A stretch of 64,000 nt of DNA from Thermoplasmatota archaeon. GTDB lineage: Archaea > Thermoplasmatota > Penumbrarchaeia > Penumbrarchaeales > Penumbrarchaeaceae. Positions within the stretch are counted from its first letter, which is position 1, and every line of letters begins with the position of its first letter. The DNA lies in contig JAFGLL010000121.1 of the NCBI GenBank assembly GCA_016928095.1, positions 3,266 through 67,265 on the forward strand, written 5' to 3'. This document shows positions 49,901 to 59,163 of this stretch, in pieces. The position numbers were made by a program, and so were the translations under genes. The notes beneath the pieces are model-generated. The model did not search any database and was not told the origin of the DNA. It saw only the letters and a program-made list of their open reading frames with translations.

Positions 49901-49941
49901 GGGGTGGGGTCACCCCCACCCCCTTCTTAATTTTTTTAAGT
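49901..49941 (+). terminator. Hairpin followed by a T-run, terminator-like, ending the r-protein operon
   Basis: A perfect 9-bp stem GGGGTGGGG / CCCCACCCC (49901-49909 / 49914-49922) with a 4-nt loop, followed by 'ttcttaaTTTTTTTaag' (a T7 run at 49931-49937). It begins 23 nt after the rpl12 stop. Confidence 0.7.
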
Positions 49942-50062
49942 TAATTCCCCCAAGGTTGGGATCTGTTCTGATCCTTAAAGTGAATTTTTAATTTTAAATC
50001 CAAATATCATCTGAAAATGGTCTAATATGCCCTGAAAGGATATATTCCCCGGCAGGGAAGAG

Positions 50063-51058
50063 ATGCAGGGGAACGTCATCGATATCGGGCAGGCTAGACG
50101 GAGCAGGAGACTTTACAGCCCCATCCGCACATGGCTGGTCATCAGCATCATCTTGACCTTTGTCCATATCCCGGTCTGGATGGTAGAGGTCGCAACCAAT
50201 AACAGCTGCTACACTCTTATCGTCGGCGCTTTTCTTTTCCCCCTTGTCCCAGGTCTGATCTTTGCCTTCATTTACCAGGACCTGAACACCATTCCCGCAA
50301 GGGTGGAGCTGTATGCCGACACGCTCAGGTTCGTCTACATCAGGGGTTCCAAGATAACGAATGTGGACATTCCCTGGGGAGAGATCATCGAGATCATCCC
50401 CTATGACAAGCTTCGAACCAGCAGGAACAGGGAGGTAAGGCTTCATTATCTTGACAGGGCAGGGATGGACCTGATCCTTTCACTGATCGAGTCCCCGGAG
50501 AAGCTGGATATCTCCGATGTGGTGAGCCTCATGAACCTTGACCGTGCATCCAGAAGGTTCCGGGTGGAACCAGCAGGATGTCTCAACCTACCTAATGACT
50601 CTGCCGCGATCAAGACCAACGCCATAGTGTATTGTATTTTCCTGGTTCCGTTAAACCTTCTTTTGCTGACGGTCCTCATGATCTCGTTGTCCATGGGAGA
50701 GGTAATAATAGCAATACTGGGGGGCACCACGCTTCTGCTCTTTTTGATCATTTCGGTCCTTCTTATGGTGATCATGTTCAGGACCATGAAGGCAAAGGAG
50801 CTTTACATAGACAGGACCGGTGCAAGGGTGATCACGAAGGACGGCCCACTCTGGGACCTCAGCTGGAGGGAGATCGAGAAGGTCACCAATAACAGGGGGA
50901 AGTCGAACTCGTGGGTGACGTTCCAGCCCATAAAGGGAAAAGCAGTTTCCGTTGCTTGTAGCGAATATAAATTGGATGATCTGAAGACCGCCTTCAAGCT
51001 CGCTCAGGACTACTGCATGTACCACAGGATACCTGTAATAAATACACTGGGGTGGTGA
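50063..51058 (+). CDS. Membrane protein with two tandem TM-hairpin + PH-like (bPH_2/YdbS-YdbT-like) modules
   Basis: Architecture: 2 TM ('WLVISIILTFVHIP...LIVGAFLFPLVPGLIFAFI'), a ~100 aa soluble domain, 2 TM ('AIVYCIFLVPLNLLLLTVL...IIAILGGTTLLLFLIISVLLMVIMF'), then a second ~100 aa soluble domain. Confidence 0.5.
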   Translation: MQGNVIDIGQARRSRRLYSPIRTWLVISIILTFVHIPVWMVEVATNNSCYTLIVGAFLFPLVPGLIFAFIYQDLNTIPARVELYADTLRFVYIRGSKITNVDIPWGEIIEIIPYDKLRTSRNREVRLHYLDRAGMDLILSLIESPEKLDISDVVSLMNLDRASRRFRVEPAGCLNLPNDSAAIKTNAIVYCIFLVPLNLLLLTVLMISLSMGEVIIAILGGTTLLLFLIISVLLMVIMFRTMKAKELYIDRTGARVITKDGPLWDLSWREIEKVTNNRGKSNSWVTFQPIKGKAVSVACSEYKLDDLKTAFKLAQDYCMYHRIPVINTLGW

Positions 51059-51204
51059 CCATTGTTCACATAACCCTTATATAATTCAAGCAAGGCCAGC
51101 ACCACATCCCCGCTGTTCACAGAACCCATTTTAATAATGCACCAATTCGAATATCATTCACAAATGGAGGTCATCTTGGGACTTCTTTCTGAGGAGGCAA
51201 TGAA

Positions 51205-54200
51205 ATGAGGAGAGCCATTTCGTTCATCATCATGATAATGGTGGCTGTGAGCGGCGCGATGGTCATGCTCGGAATGGGCAAGGGTGTTGACGGGGAGCTT
51301 CTGAACGGAGATATTCTCACAACACGGCTCCCCATCTTGATCACGGGGAATTCAGATCTCACCTCGACGAACGGGGTCTCGTCAGGTTCCGGGTCCATTT
51401 CCGATCCGTACATCATCGAGAATTGGAAGATCAGTGCGAGTTCCATCAACGCCATCACCATATCGGATACCAACGCGCATCTCGTAATACGGAACTGCTG
51501 GATCAAAGATGGGAGGGAGACCGGAGAAGCATACATGTTCGATGCAATGAGATTGGAAAACGTTAAGAACCTAACGATCTCAAACTGTCTTCTTGAGAAC
51601 AATTACCGGGGTGTCTCGGGATCGGGGTGCCAACAGATCATCCTCAATAACAATACCTGCAACGGGAATGCAGACGGAATAAGCTTCCGAGAAGGGGGAC
51701 GCAATATAACCATAAGCTCCAATTCATTCAGCAATAATGGTGTAGGCATAGAGCTTGAGACAGATGTGGACTATTGCCATTTGGCAAATAACACCATCCT
51801 GAGGAGCAGGGTCGCCGGGATCATGGTGGATTTCGATTGCGAGAACAATATCATAGAATACAACAATTGCACGGAGACTTACGATGATCTTATCAAGAAC
51901 GATCGATCGGGCGAAGGAATCCGGATCTACGAGAGTTCGAACAATATCATCAGGTACAACAATTGCAGCGGAAACTCGGGAAGGGGGATCTCGATCCAGG
52001 AGTCGGATGAGAACCTGATGTCGGGGAACATTCTGATGGACAACAAAGCTACAGGAGACGGTTTCAACATGTTCGGAGTTGTACTTACAGGGTCCAAGAA
52101 CAATATCCTAAAAGACAATACGTTCATCGACTGCGGCATCCGCTTCTATCCCTACGATATCAATGAGACTATCACCAATACCATCGAATCTACGAACAAG
52201 ATCAATGGCAAGGACATACTGTTCATGACGGAGAGCAGGACAGAGGAGACCATAACGGGAGATCTCGGTCAGGTGATCCTCGTGAACTGCGAACACAAGT
52301 GGATAAAGGACATGAGCTTCGATGGGGTCTCACCGGGCGTCACGATCATAGAATCCTTTGGGATAGAGGTCTCGAACGTGGATTTCCTGAATGTAGTAGA
52401 GGCCATTGTTGTCGAGAAAAGCCAGGGTATTAGCATATGGGAGATAGAGATCACAAATTTCGGTTACGGTATTCAATTCGACGAATGCAGTTTGTCAGGT
52501 GTCTATAATAGTACAATGAGATCAGGGACCGATGGGATCCATTGTATAGGTATCTTCAATTCGACCATTGAATACGACGAGCTGCTGAATGTCGAAACCG
52601 GCATATGGGTAGGTGAGCTCGATCCGTCCAGTGATGTCCTCATCAAGGAGAACAAGGTCTCCGGTGGCAAACTGGGGATCTGGGTCGATGGCGGCCGCCA
52701 CCGCGTACTTCGGAACCTGATCGATTCGAACACCGAACGCGGCCTTGGTATCATGGGAGAGGATATAATGATCTCTCAGAACCAGATCCTCGGGAACGGG
52801 TACGGGATCAGAGCTGAATACAATACCGCAGCCGTCATCGAAAGGAACGTAATAATGTGGAACGATGTCGGAATATATTCCGAGAACAACAAGGTCCAGC
52901 TACTCATCACAAAGAATAACATCTCAAACAACGATGGTTACGCTCTGGACTTCTATTATGATCAGATCAATGGAAATACGATATATTTGAACTCCTTCCA
53001 TAACAATAACAATGGCGGCATTCAGGCAAGGGACAGGGGACAGAGAAGCATTTGGGACAATGGGACGGACAAGGGAAATTACTGGATCGATTATAAGGAC
53101 AGATACGTCCCCGGAGCGACCAATGATGGAACGGTCTGGGACACTCCGTATATCGTTGCCGGAGGAACCTGGTCAAAGGACAATTATCCGCTCGTGTCAT
53201 CACCGATTTCCCTGCCCAAGATGCTCCGGGTGTCGAGGAACCATCGGACCACAGCGCCCATCGGCAAGGATTACATGGTCCAATACACAGCGCTTTACTC
53301 CGGAGACCGGCTCGACAACATCACGTGGAATTTCAACACCGATGCCGGTTGGCTGTCGTTCACCGGCGAACATGTTCTTGAAGGAAGACCCTCACAGTCG
53401 GATACTGGCTCTTATTGGGCAAATATATCGGTGACGGACGGGGTCCTATCCGATTTCACTAACTTCACCGTCAAGGTCACCGAGGTCAACATTCGTCCCC
53501 GGATAACGACGGCCAATAAAACGTCCGTGGACCAATGGCAAAGATATCGGGTGGATTACGATGCGGTCGATGATGGCGACTACCTCGAATGGAGGCTAGT
53601 CACGGAAGCATCCTTCCTCTCGATCGATAGCCAGACCGGGGTCCTCTCCGGGGTTCCTGGTCTGAACGACGTGGGAACCTTCTTCGTCAATGTATCGGTG
53701 AATGATGGTGAACTGTGGGACGAAGCGATCTTCTACCTCAGAGTGAAGGACGTGAACGATCCGCCAATGCAGAACGCATCGAGACCCTACCTGACCTTGC
53801 TCGAGGATACCCCTCTCAAGATCCCGATGTCGCAGCTTTTCTTCAACTACGATAACGATCCGATGTCGTTCTTTATTTCCGGCGGGACCAAGATCAACGC
53901 GAGCATCGATAACGGATCCAACCTGGACATCGTTCCGGATGCCGATTGGTTCGGAACGGATGAGCTGACCTTTAACGTTTCAGACGGTTTCTACAATAAG
54001 ACCTTCGTGATCGATGTGATCGTCCAGCCGGTGAACGATGCGCCAAGGGATCTCAGGATCTCTTTTGCCTCCATCGATCTCGTGGAGGGCGGCAACCAGA
54101 TCGTATCGGCGGAATATCTGGACCCCGACATAGATGACGGGGCGAACGTGAGCTGGTATATAGATGGGATCCTCGTCAGCAATGCGCTGACGTTCAACCT

Positions 54201-54792
54201 GTCCCTTCCCGAGGGAAATTACAGCCTCACCCTCAGGATAACGGATTCTCACGGGAACTACACGGAGATCACTGTTCCGATCATGGTCGAAGGTCAGGTT
54301 AGCATCCCCCGAGAAAATGAAACCGATCGAACATGGCTTCTCTTTCTGCTCCTCCCCTTCATCGCCCTCCTTGCCATCGGGGTTGTGATCTACATCCTGC
54401 GCAGACGATCGAGGGTCGAGAATGCAGGGGAAGAGCCTGCCCCTTCGGCTCGATCTTCGATCGGCAGGAAAGCCCCGGGTCCCCCTTCCCTCGAACTTGA
54501 GCCAAGGACATCAATGAGGGTTGACAGGATCATGACCGGGCATCTGGAGTACCCGGATGAGATCGAAGAGGAGCCCATCATGGAAAGCATCGAGAATCCC
54601 TGGTCCCGGAGGTTCGATGATGAGCTTCATGAAATAATGGAAGAGGCTCTGAAGGATGGAATATCGCTTCGGGACGACATCGCCATCTCGGCTCTGATAA
54701 AAAGATTGAAAAGGAAACACCTCGATGGCGAACTCTCGAAGGGAGATTACAGGAGGTTAAGGTCCGGACTCGAAAGGATCCTCGAGGAATGA
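51205..54792 (+). CDS. Giant surface protein (1195 aa) with a right-handed parallel beta-helix (PbH1 repeats), cadherin-like/dystroglycan-type Ig domains, a TM anchor and a ~130 aa cytoplasmic tail
   Basis: Signal 'ISFIIMIMVAVSGAMVMLG'. Repeated 'NN.I..N.C..N...GI' units (for example 'NNIIRYNNCSGNSGRGISIQES' and 'NNTCNGNADGISF'). Cadherin-like 'VDYDAVDDGDYLEWRLVTEASFLSIDSQTGVLSGVPGLNDVGTFFVNVSVNDG...VKDVNDPP'. TM 'WLLFLLLPFIALLAIGVVIYILRRRSR', then a charged helical tail. Confidence 0.8.
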   Translation: MRRAISFIIMIMVAVSGAMVMLGMGKGVDGELLNGDILTTRLPILITGNSDLTSTNGVSSGSGSISDPYIIENWKISASSINAITISDTNAHLVIRNCWIKDGRETGEAYMFDAMRLENVKNLTISNCLLENNYRGVSGSGCQQIILNNNTCNGNADGISFREGGRNITISSNSFSNNGVGIELETDVDYCHLANNTILRSRVAGIMVDFDCENNIIEYNNCTETYDDLIKNDRSGEGIRIYESSNNIIRYNNCSGNSGRGISIQESDENLMSGNILMDNKATGDGFNMFGVVLTGSKNNILKDNTFIDCGIRFYPYDINETITNTIESTNKINGKDILFMTESRTEETITGDLGQVILVNCEHKWIKDMSFDGVSPGVTIIESFGIEVSNVDFLNVVEAIVVEKSQGISIWEIEITNFGYGIQFDECSLSGVYNSTMRSGTDGIHCIGIFNSTIEYDELLNVETGIWVGELDPSSDVLIKENKVSGGKLGIWVDGGRHRVLRNLIDSNTERGLGIMGEDIMISQNQILGNGYGIRAEYNTAAVIERNVIMWNDVGIYSENNKVQLLITKNNISNNDGYALDFYYDQINGNTIYLNSFHNNNNGGIQARDRGQRSIWDNGTDKGNYWIDYKDRYVPGATNDGTVWDTPYIVAGGTWSKDNYPLVSSPISLPKMLRVSRNHRTTAPIGKDYMVQYTALYSGDRLDNITWNFNTDAGWLSFTGEHVLEGRPSQSDTGSYWANISVTDGVLSDFTNFTVKVTEVNIRPRITTANKTSVDQWQRYRVDYDAVDDGDYLEWRLVTEASFLSIDSQTGVLSGVPGLNDVGTFFVNVSVNDGELWDEAIFYLRVKDVNDPPMQNASRPYLTLLEDTPLKIPMSQLFFNYDNDPMSFFISGGTKINASIDNGSNLDIVPDADWFGTDELTFNVSDGFYNKTFVIDVIVQPVNDAPRDLRISFASIDLVEGGNQIVSAEYLDPDIDDGANVSWYIDGILVSNALTFNLSLPEGNYSLTLRITDSHGNYTEITVPIMVEGQVSIPRENETDRTWLLFLLLPFIALLAIGVVIYILRRRSRVENAGEEPAPSARSSIGRKAPGPPSLELEPRTSMRVDRIMTGHLEYPDEIEEEPIMESIENPWSRRFDDELHEIMEEALKDGISLRDDIAISALIKRLKRKHLDGELSKGDYRRLRSGLERILEE

Positions 54793-54811
54793 TCTCCGGA
54801 GGTGCCCCGAA

Positions 54812-55360
54812 ATGGAGGGAGAGGTTTCAAGGGACCACCGCACAAGGAAGCTCCTGAAGGAGTACATCAGCGAGAACCCCGGGGTCACCTTCAGGTTCCT
54901 GATGAGCGCCCTGAACCTGAACAAGGGCACCCTGACATATCACCTGGGTTACCTCCTTCGAAAAAGGGTGATCGTCCAGGAGAGGAAAGGTCGTGAAAGA
55001 TGCTATTTCTCCTACATTAAAAAACGGTTCCCATATACCGACCCGGGTCTGAAATTGAATAAAGGGCAGGAGCGCATCCTGGAGGTCATATCCATAGAGC
55101 CGGGGAAATCGGTGGAGCAATTGAGGATCAGGACCGGTCTGAAGAGGTCATCGTTCAATTACGATCTCAACAGGTTGAAGGAATTGAAATTGATCTGGAG
55201 GATCAAGACCGGCGACGGTTACGGTTACGAGCTCGTGACCGAGGAAAAGCTCAGGGAAAGGATGTTCCTTGTCCTGGTATCCAGGTTCACAAAGGGCAAG
55301 ATCGACCGCCAAGCCCTCATGGAGCTGGTTGATGAACTGTCCGTCGAGCGGGACGGGTGA
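54812..55360 (+). CDS. Transcriptional regulator with two tandem winged-helix (ArsR/TrmB-like) domains
   Basis: 'VTFRFLMSALNLNKGTLTYHLGYLLRKRVIVQERKGRERCYF' and 'ILEVISIEPGKSVEQLRIRTGLKRSSFNYDLNRLKELKLIWRIKTGDGYGYEL'. It starts 20 nt after the stop of the beta-helix surface protein gene. Confidence 0.6.
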   Translation: MEGEVSRDHRTRKLLKEYISENPGVTFRFLMSALNLNKGTLTYHLGYLLRKRVIVQERKGRERCYFSYIKKRFPYTDPGLKLNKGQERILEVISIEPGKSVEQLRIRTGLKRSSFNYDLNRLKELKLIWRIKTGDGYGYELVTEEKLRERMFLVLVSRFTKGKIDRQALMELVDELSVERDG

Positions 55361-55484
55361 AATCTCCTAAATATCATGTGGAGATCTTTTTCAATGGGAT
55401 AACTCAGTTCGCTCGCTGCGAACAACCCCGCAAATATGATAAAGGCGAAGAGACCAATTTACCTCCGTTCAGGGGGAAGCCAAA

Positions 55485-55844
55485 ATGGAAAAGAAAGAAA
55501 AAGCAAGCGAGGAGATTACGATCTTTCAGAACCTCGCCGGAAGCTCGAAGAAGATGGGCCATGTGGCACAGGGTGGACTGATGGTTGCCGTTATCGGTCT
55601 GTTATTGAAATTCTTCTTCTATACCTGCAAGGCCCAGGGGATCAAAGGAACTGCAGGGGACATCTTCGAGGGGATCGGCGATTTCTTCGGTCTTCTTGCG
55701 TTTCTGGGTTTCGGTGTCCTGTTGATCGGTCTACTGTCGATCGCCATAGTAGGCAAGGATGTGCATCTATACCTGCGGATCGGCATAATGGTGGCGCTTG
55801 CTTTTATGATCAGGGGGTTGCTTACCTTCGGTCTTTTCTTCTGA
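55485..55844 (+). CDS. Small membrane protein (119 aa, about 3 TM)
   Basis: A Lys/Glu-rich N-terminus followed by three hydrophobic helices. Confidence 0.4.
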   Translation: MEKKEKASEEITIFQNLAGSSKKMGHVAQGGLMVAVIGLLLKFFFYTCKAQGIKGTAGDIFEGIGDFFGLLAFLGFGVLLIGLLSIAIVGKDVHLYLRIGIMVALAFMIRGLLTFGLFF

Positions 55845-55918
55845 ATCGGTCCCCGGATGAGCTTACACGATAGGGGGCATCGGTCAGGAACATCGATGGT
55901 CAGAGGGATCATCGGGTC

Positions 55919-56698
55919 TCAATCATCGGTGAATTCTGGCTTCCTCTTCTCTATGAAAGCTTTCATCCCCTCCTTCTGGTCGTGGGTGGAGAAGGAGGAG
56001 GAGAAATAGGAGATCTCCAGATAGTTGGCGGTCGTCAGGTCTATGTCCGCCCCTTTGTTCACAAGTGCCTTGATGAAGGAGATCTGGACATCGGACTTCG
56101 ATGCGATCTTGCGGGCAAGCTCCATCGCGGTATCCATCAACGCTTCGGGTTCAACTACTCTATTCACGAGCCCAAGTTCATAGGCTTCCTGGGCCGATAT
56201 GCTGTCCCCGGTTAGCAGGAGCTCCTTCGCCCTCATCCTTCCGATATGGCGCGTCAGCCTCTGGGTCCCCCCGAAACCCGGGCTGATCCCCAGATTGATC
56301 TCGGGCTGCCCTATCTTGGCCTTTGTCGATGCAATGGCGATATCGCAGGCCATCATCACCTCGCATCCGCCTCCCAGTGCGAAACCGTTCACCGCGGCGA
56401 TGTACGGAAGTCTCGAAGCCTCGATCCTGTTTAGGAGGTTGTGGCCGTTCTCGGCGAAGACCTTGGCCTGAAGTGGCGTCAGGTCCACCATGAGCTTGAT
56501 ATCCGCACCGGCGATAAAGGACCTACCCTCCCCCGTGAAGATCACAACGGAGATGCTCCTGTCCGTCTCCAGTTCAGAGACGCCTTCCGAAAGCTCTCTG
56601 AGGACATGTTCGTTCAAGGCGTTCATTGCTTCAGGTCTGTTCACCTTGAGAATGGCTACCGGGCCTTGCTTTTCTATGATGATGTTCTGATATCCCAC
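55919..56698 (-). CDS. crt: Enoyl-CoA hydratase (crotonase family)
   Basis: 'IIIEKQGPVAILKVNRPEAMNALN...VVIFTGEGRSFIAGADIK...AAVNGFALGGGCEVMMACDIAIAS' shows the crotonase fold with oxyanion-hole motifs. A GTG start at 56698-56696 ('VGYQNIII') sits 5 nt after the hbd stop, and the ORF-track ATG at 56845 would overlap hbd by ~140 nt. Confidence 0.8.
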   Translation of the reverse strand: MGYQNIIIEKQGPVAILKVNRPEAMNALNEHVLRELSEGVSELETDRSISVVIFTGEGRSFIAGADIKLMVDLTPLQAKVFAENGHNLLNRIEASRLPYIAAVNGFALGGGCEVMMACDIAIASTKAKIGQPEINLGISPGFGGTQRLTRHIGRMRAKELLLTGDSISAQEAYELGLVNRVVEPEALMDTAMELARKIASKSDVQISFIKALVNKGADIDLTTANYLEISYFSSSFSTHDQKEGMKAFIEKRKPEFTDD

Positions 56699-56703
56699 GG
56701 GTC

Positions 56704-57570
56704 TCACCCCTGCGAATGATCGTAGAAACCCCTGCCGGATTTCCTTCCCAGATAACCGGCATGGACCATCTTCTTTAGAAGGGGACAGGGCCTGTACTTG
56801 GGATCGTTGAACCCCTCGTAGAGGACGTTCATGATGCTCAGGCACACATCGAGACCTATCAGATCGGCCAGCGCGAGCGGCCCCATGGGATGGTTCATCC
56901 CGAGTCTCATGACACCGTCAATGGCCTCTGGAGTGCCGACCCCTTCGTAAAGACAGTAGATCGCCTCGTTTATCATGGGCAATAGCACCCTGTTCGAGAC
57001 GAAGCCAGGGCTGTCGTTCACCTCGATGGGTTCCTTTCCCATCTTCCTGGATAGCTCGATTATCATTTCCGTGGTCTCGTCCGATGTACGGAGCCCCCTG
57101 ATGACCTCGATAAGCTTCATGATCGGGACGGGGTTCATGAAGTGCATCCCGATGAACTTTTCTGGTCTTTTCGTGCATGATGCAAGATCCGTTATGGGGA
57201 TCGTCGAAGTATTGGAGGCCAGGACAGTTCCCGGTTTGCATATCGCATCAAGTTTCGAGAACAGTTGTTTCTTTATATCCAGGTTCTCGACGATGGCCTC
57301 GATGATAAGGTCCGAATCTGCGAGCTCGTTCAGGTCGACCGCGCCCTTTATCAGACCCTGTATGGCCTCCTTCTGGGAGGCCTCCATCTTTCCCTTCTCC
57401 ACGCTCTTTGAGAGGAACTTCCCGATCTTTGCCAGACCGCTCTGGACGAACTCGTCCTTGATATCGTTCAGGATCACATCAAAACCGGCCTGGGCTGCGA
57501 CGAGTGCGATCCCATGACCCATCTGACCTGCACCAATGACGCCTATCTTCCTGACTTCCATGGCTCTCAC
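56704..57570 (-). CDS. hbd: 3-hydroxyacyl(butyryl)-CoA dehydrogenase
   Basis: Rossmann '[25 protein letters not shown]'. The 3HCDH motifs 'TSTIPIT...[17 protein letters not shown]' and '[15 protein letters not shown]'. Confidence 0.85.
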   Translation of the reverse strand: MRAMEVRKIGVIGAGQMGHGIALVAAQAGFDVILNDIKDEFVQSGLAKIGKFLSKSVEKGKMEASQKEAIQGLIKGAVDLNELADSDLIIEAIVENLDIKKQLFSKLDAICKPGTVLASNTSTIPITDLASCTKRPEKFIGMHFMNPVPIMKLIEVIRGLRTSDETTEMIIELSRKMGKEPIEVNDSPGFVSNRVLLPMINEAIYCLYEGVGTPEAIDGVMRLGMNHPMGPLALADLIGLDVCLSIMNVLYEGFNDPKYRPCPLLKKMVHAGYLGRKSGRGFYDHSQG

Positions 57571-57573
57571 CCT

Positions 57574-58755
57574 TCAATCTCTCTCCACGATCATGCTCAC
57601 GGCGTTACCTCCACCAAGGCAGATCGTTGCAAGCCCCCTGTGCTTTCCAAGCCTCTTCATGTTGTGGAGCAAGGTCACCAGTATCCTGCATCCACTTGAG
57701 CCTATCGGATGGCCGATGGCCACGGCTCCACCGTTTATGTTGATCTTCTCCCTGGGGATGCCGACCTCCTTCATGAGCCCCACGGATGCGGATGAAAAGG
57801 CTTCATTATGCTCCACGAGGTCTATGTCATCTATGGTGAACCCGGTCTTTTCGAAAAGCTGTCGGACACCCGGGATGACAGCATACATTACAAGCTCGGG
57901 CTTGACACCGACAGTGTTGTAATCCACTATCCTTCCGAGGACCTCGAGACCGAGCTCTTTTGCCTTATCATCGCTCATGACGACGACAGCCGATGCTCCG
58001 TCCGATATCTGGGAAGAGTTACCCGCGGTCACGACCCCCCCCTCCTTGAAGAAAGGTTTCAGCCTGGCCATTCCCTCCGGGGAGGCATCGTACCTTATCC
58101 CTTCGTCCTTGTCGAAAATGATCGGGTCACCTTTTTTCTGGGGTATCACGATGGGGATTATCTCGTCCTTGAACAGACCTTCGTTCGTAGCTCTGGCAGC
58201 CTTCTCGTGGCTCCATGCTGCGAACTCGTCTATCTCCTGCCGGTTCAGTCCGCATTTCTCCGCTATTACCTCACCTGTGTTCCCCATGTGGAAGTCATTG
58301 TAGATGTCCCAGAGCCCGTCCGTTACCATGGAATCGATGACCTTGCCCTCGAACATCCTGTAACCGAACCTTGCCTTGTCAAGTATGTAGGGGCAGTTCG
58401 TCATGCTCTCCATCCCGCCCGCTACAATGATATCGGCATCGCCCAATTTGATCGCCTGTGCGGCCAGGATCACAGCTTTAAGGGAGGATCCGCAGACCTT
58501 GTCCACATGGAGAGCGCCCACTTCAACGGGAACCCCCGCACCTATGGCTGCCTGGCGGGCCACATTCTGACCCTGTCCCGCGGATACGACATTCCCCATG
58601 ATCACCTCGTCAACATCCTCCGGCCTTATACCAGCCCTCTCGATGGCGTTCTTGATCACGATGCTGCCAAGCTTCGTTGCTGTGTGGTCCTTCAATGCGC
58701 CAGAGAACTTGCCTTGAGCCGTCCTTACTGCTGAAACGATGACTGCCTGTCTCAT
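57574..58755 (-). CDS. thl: Acetyl-CoA C-acetyltransferase (thiolase II)
   Basis: 'VIVSAVRTAQGKFSGAL', the active-site 'VDKVCGSSLKA', and C-terminal 'NINGGAVAIGHPIGSSGCRI...ICLGGGNAV'. Confidence 0.9.
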   Translation of the reverse strand: MRQAVIVSAVRTAQGKFSGALKDHTATKLGSIVIKNAIERAGIRPEDVDEVIMGNVVSAGQGQNVARQAAIGAGVPVEVGALHVDKVCGSSLKAVILAAQAIKLGDADIIVAGGMESMTNCPYILDKARFGYRMFEGKVIDSMVTDGLWDIYNDFHMGNTGEVIAEKCGLNRQEIDEFAAWSHEKAARATNEGLFKDEIIPIVIPQKKGDPIIFDKDEGIRYDASPEGMARLKPFFKEGGVVTAGNSSQISDGASAVVVMSDDKAKELGLEVLGRIVDYNTVGVKPELVMYAVIPGVRQLFEKTGFTIDDIDLVEHNEAFSSASVGLMKEVGIPREKININGGAVAIGHPIGSSGCRILVTLLHNMKRLGKHRGLATICLGGGNAVSMIVERD

Positions 58756-59163
58756 AAAAATCCCGCCTTTAGGAGAAACCGACGGCCGTATTGTGATATT
58801 CTGATAAAACGTTTCCTATACTCATGCAACGGCTACAGGATGAAGGGCTACGTTTCCAAAAATGAAGTTGAAGGTCCGTCCCTTTTGTTAATATAATGCT
58901 CAGGGCAGAGAAACGTTTATAAGCGCTCAGTCCAATTTAATCATTCGGTGGTCTGGGATGAACCGAATGATAAGGTCTGATTCGAGCATTTACTCCCTCA
59001 GGATGAAATGCTTCTACATCAGCGAGGATTACAGGCCCCTACCTGACAACAAGGGCAGGGAATATCTAAAGGACATTTTCGAAGACTGAGCCATGGATGG
59101 TCCCGGAAGAGAAAATATGACATTGGCTCCAGATGGTAATGGTCGGTCAATGGATGTTTTTCC

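Noticed and set aside
58967-59089. 40-43 aa ORF in the 409-nt folC/thl intergenic region as a confident small-protein gene
   Set aside because: There is no recognisable motif, and it overlaps the palindrome. It is kept only as a low-confidence note within the intergenic finding rather than as a feature.
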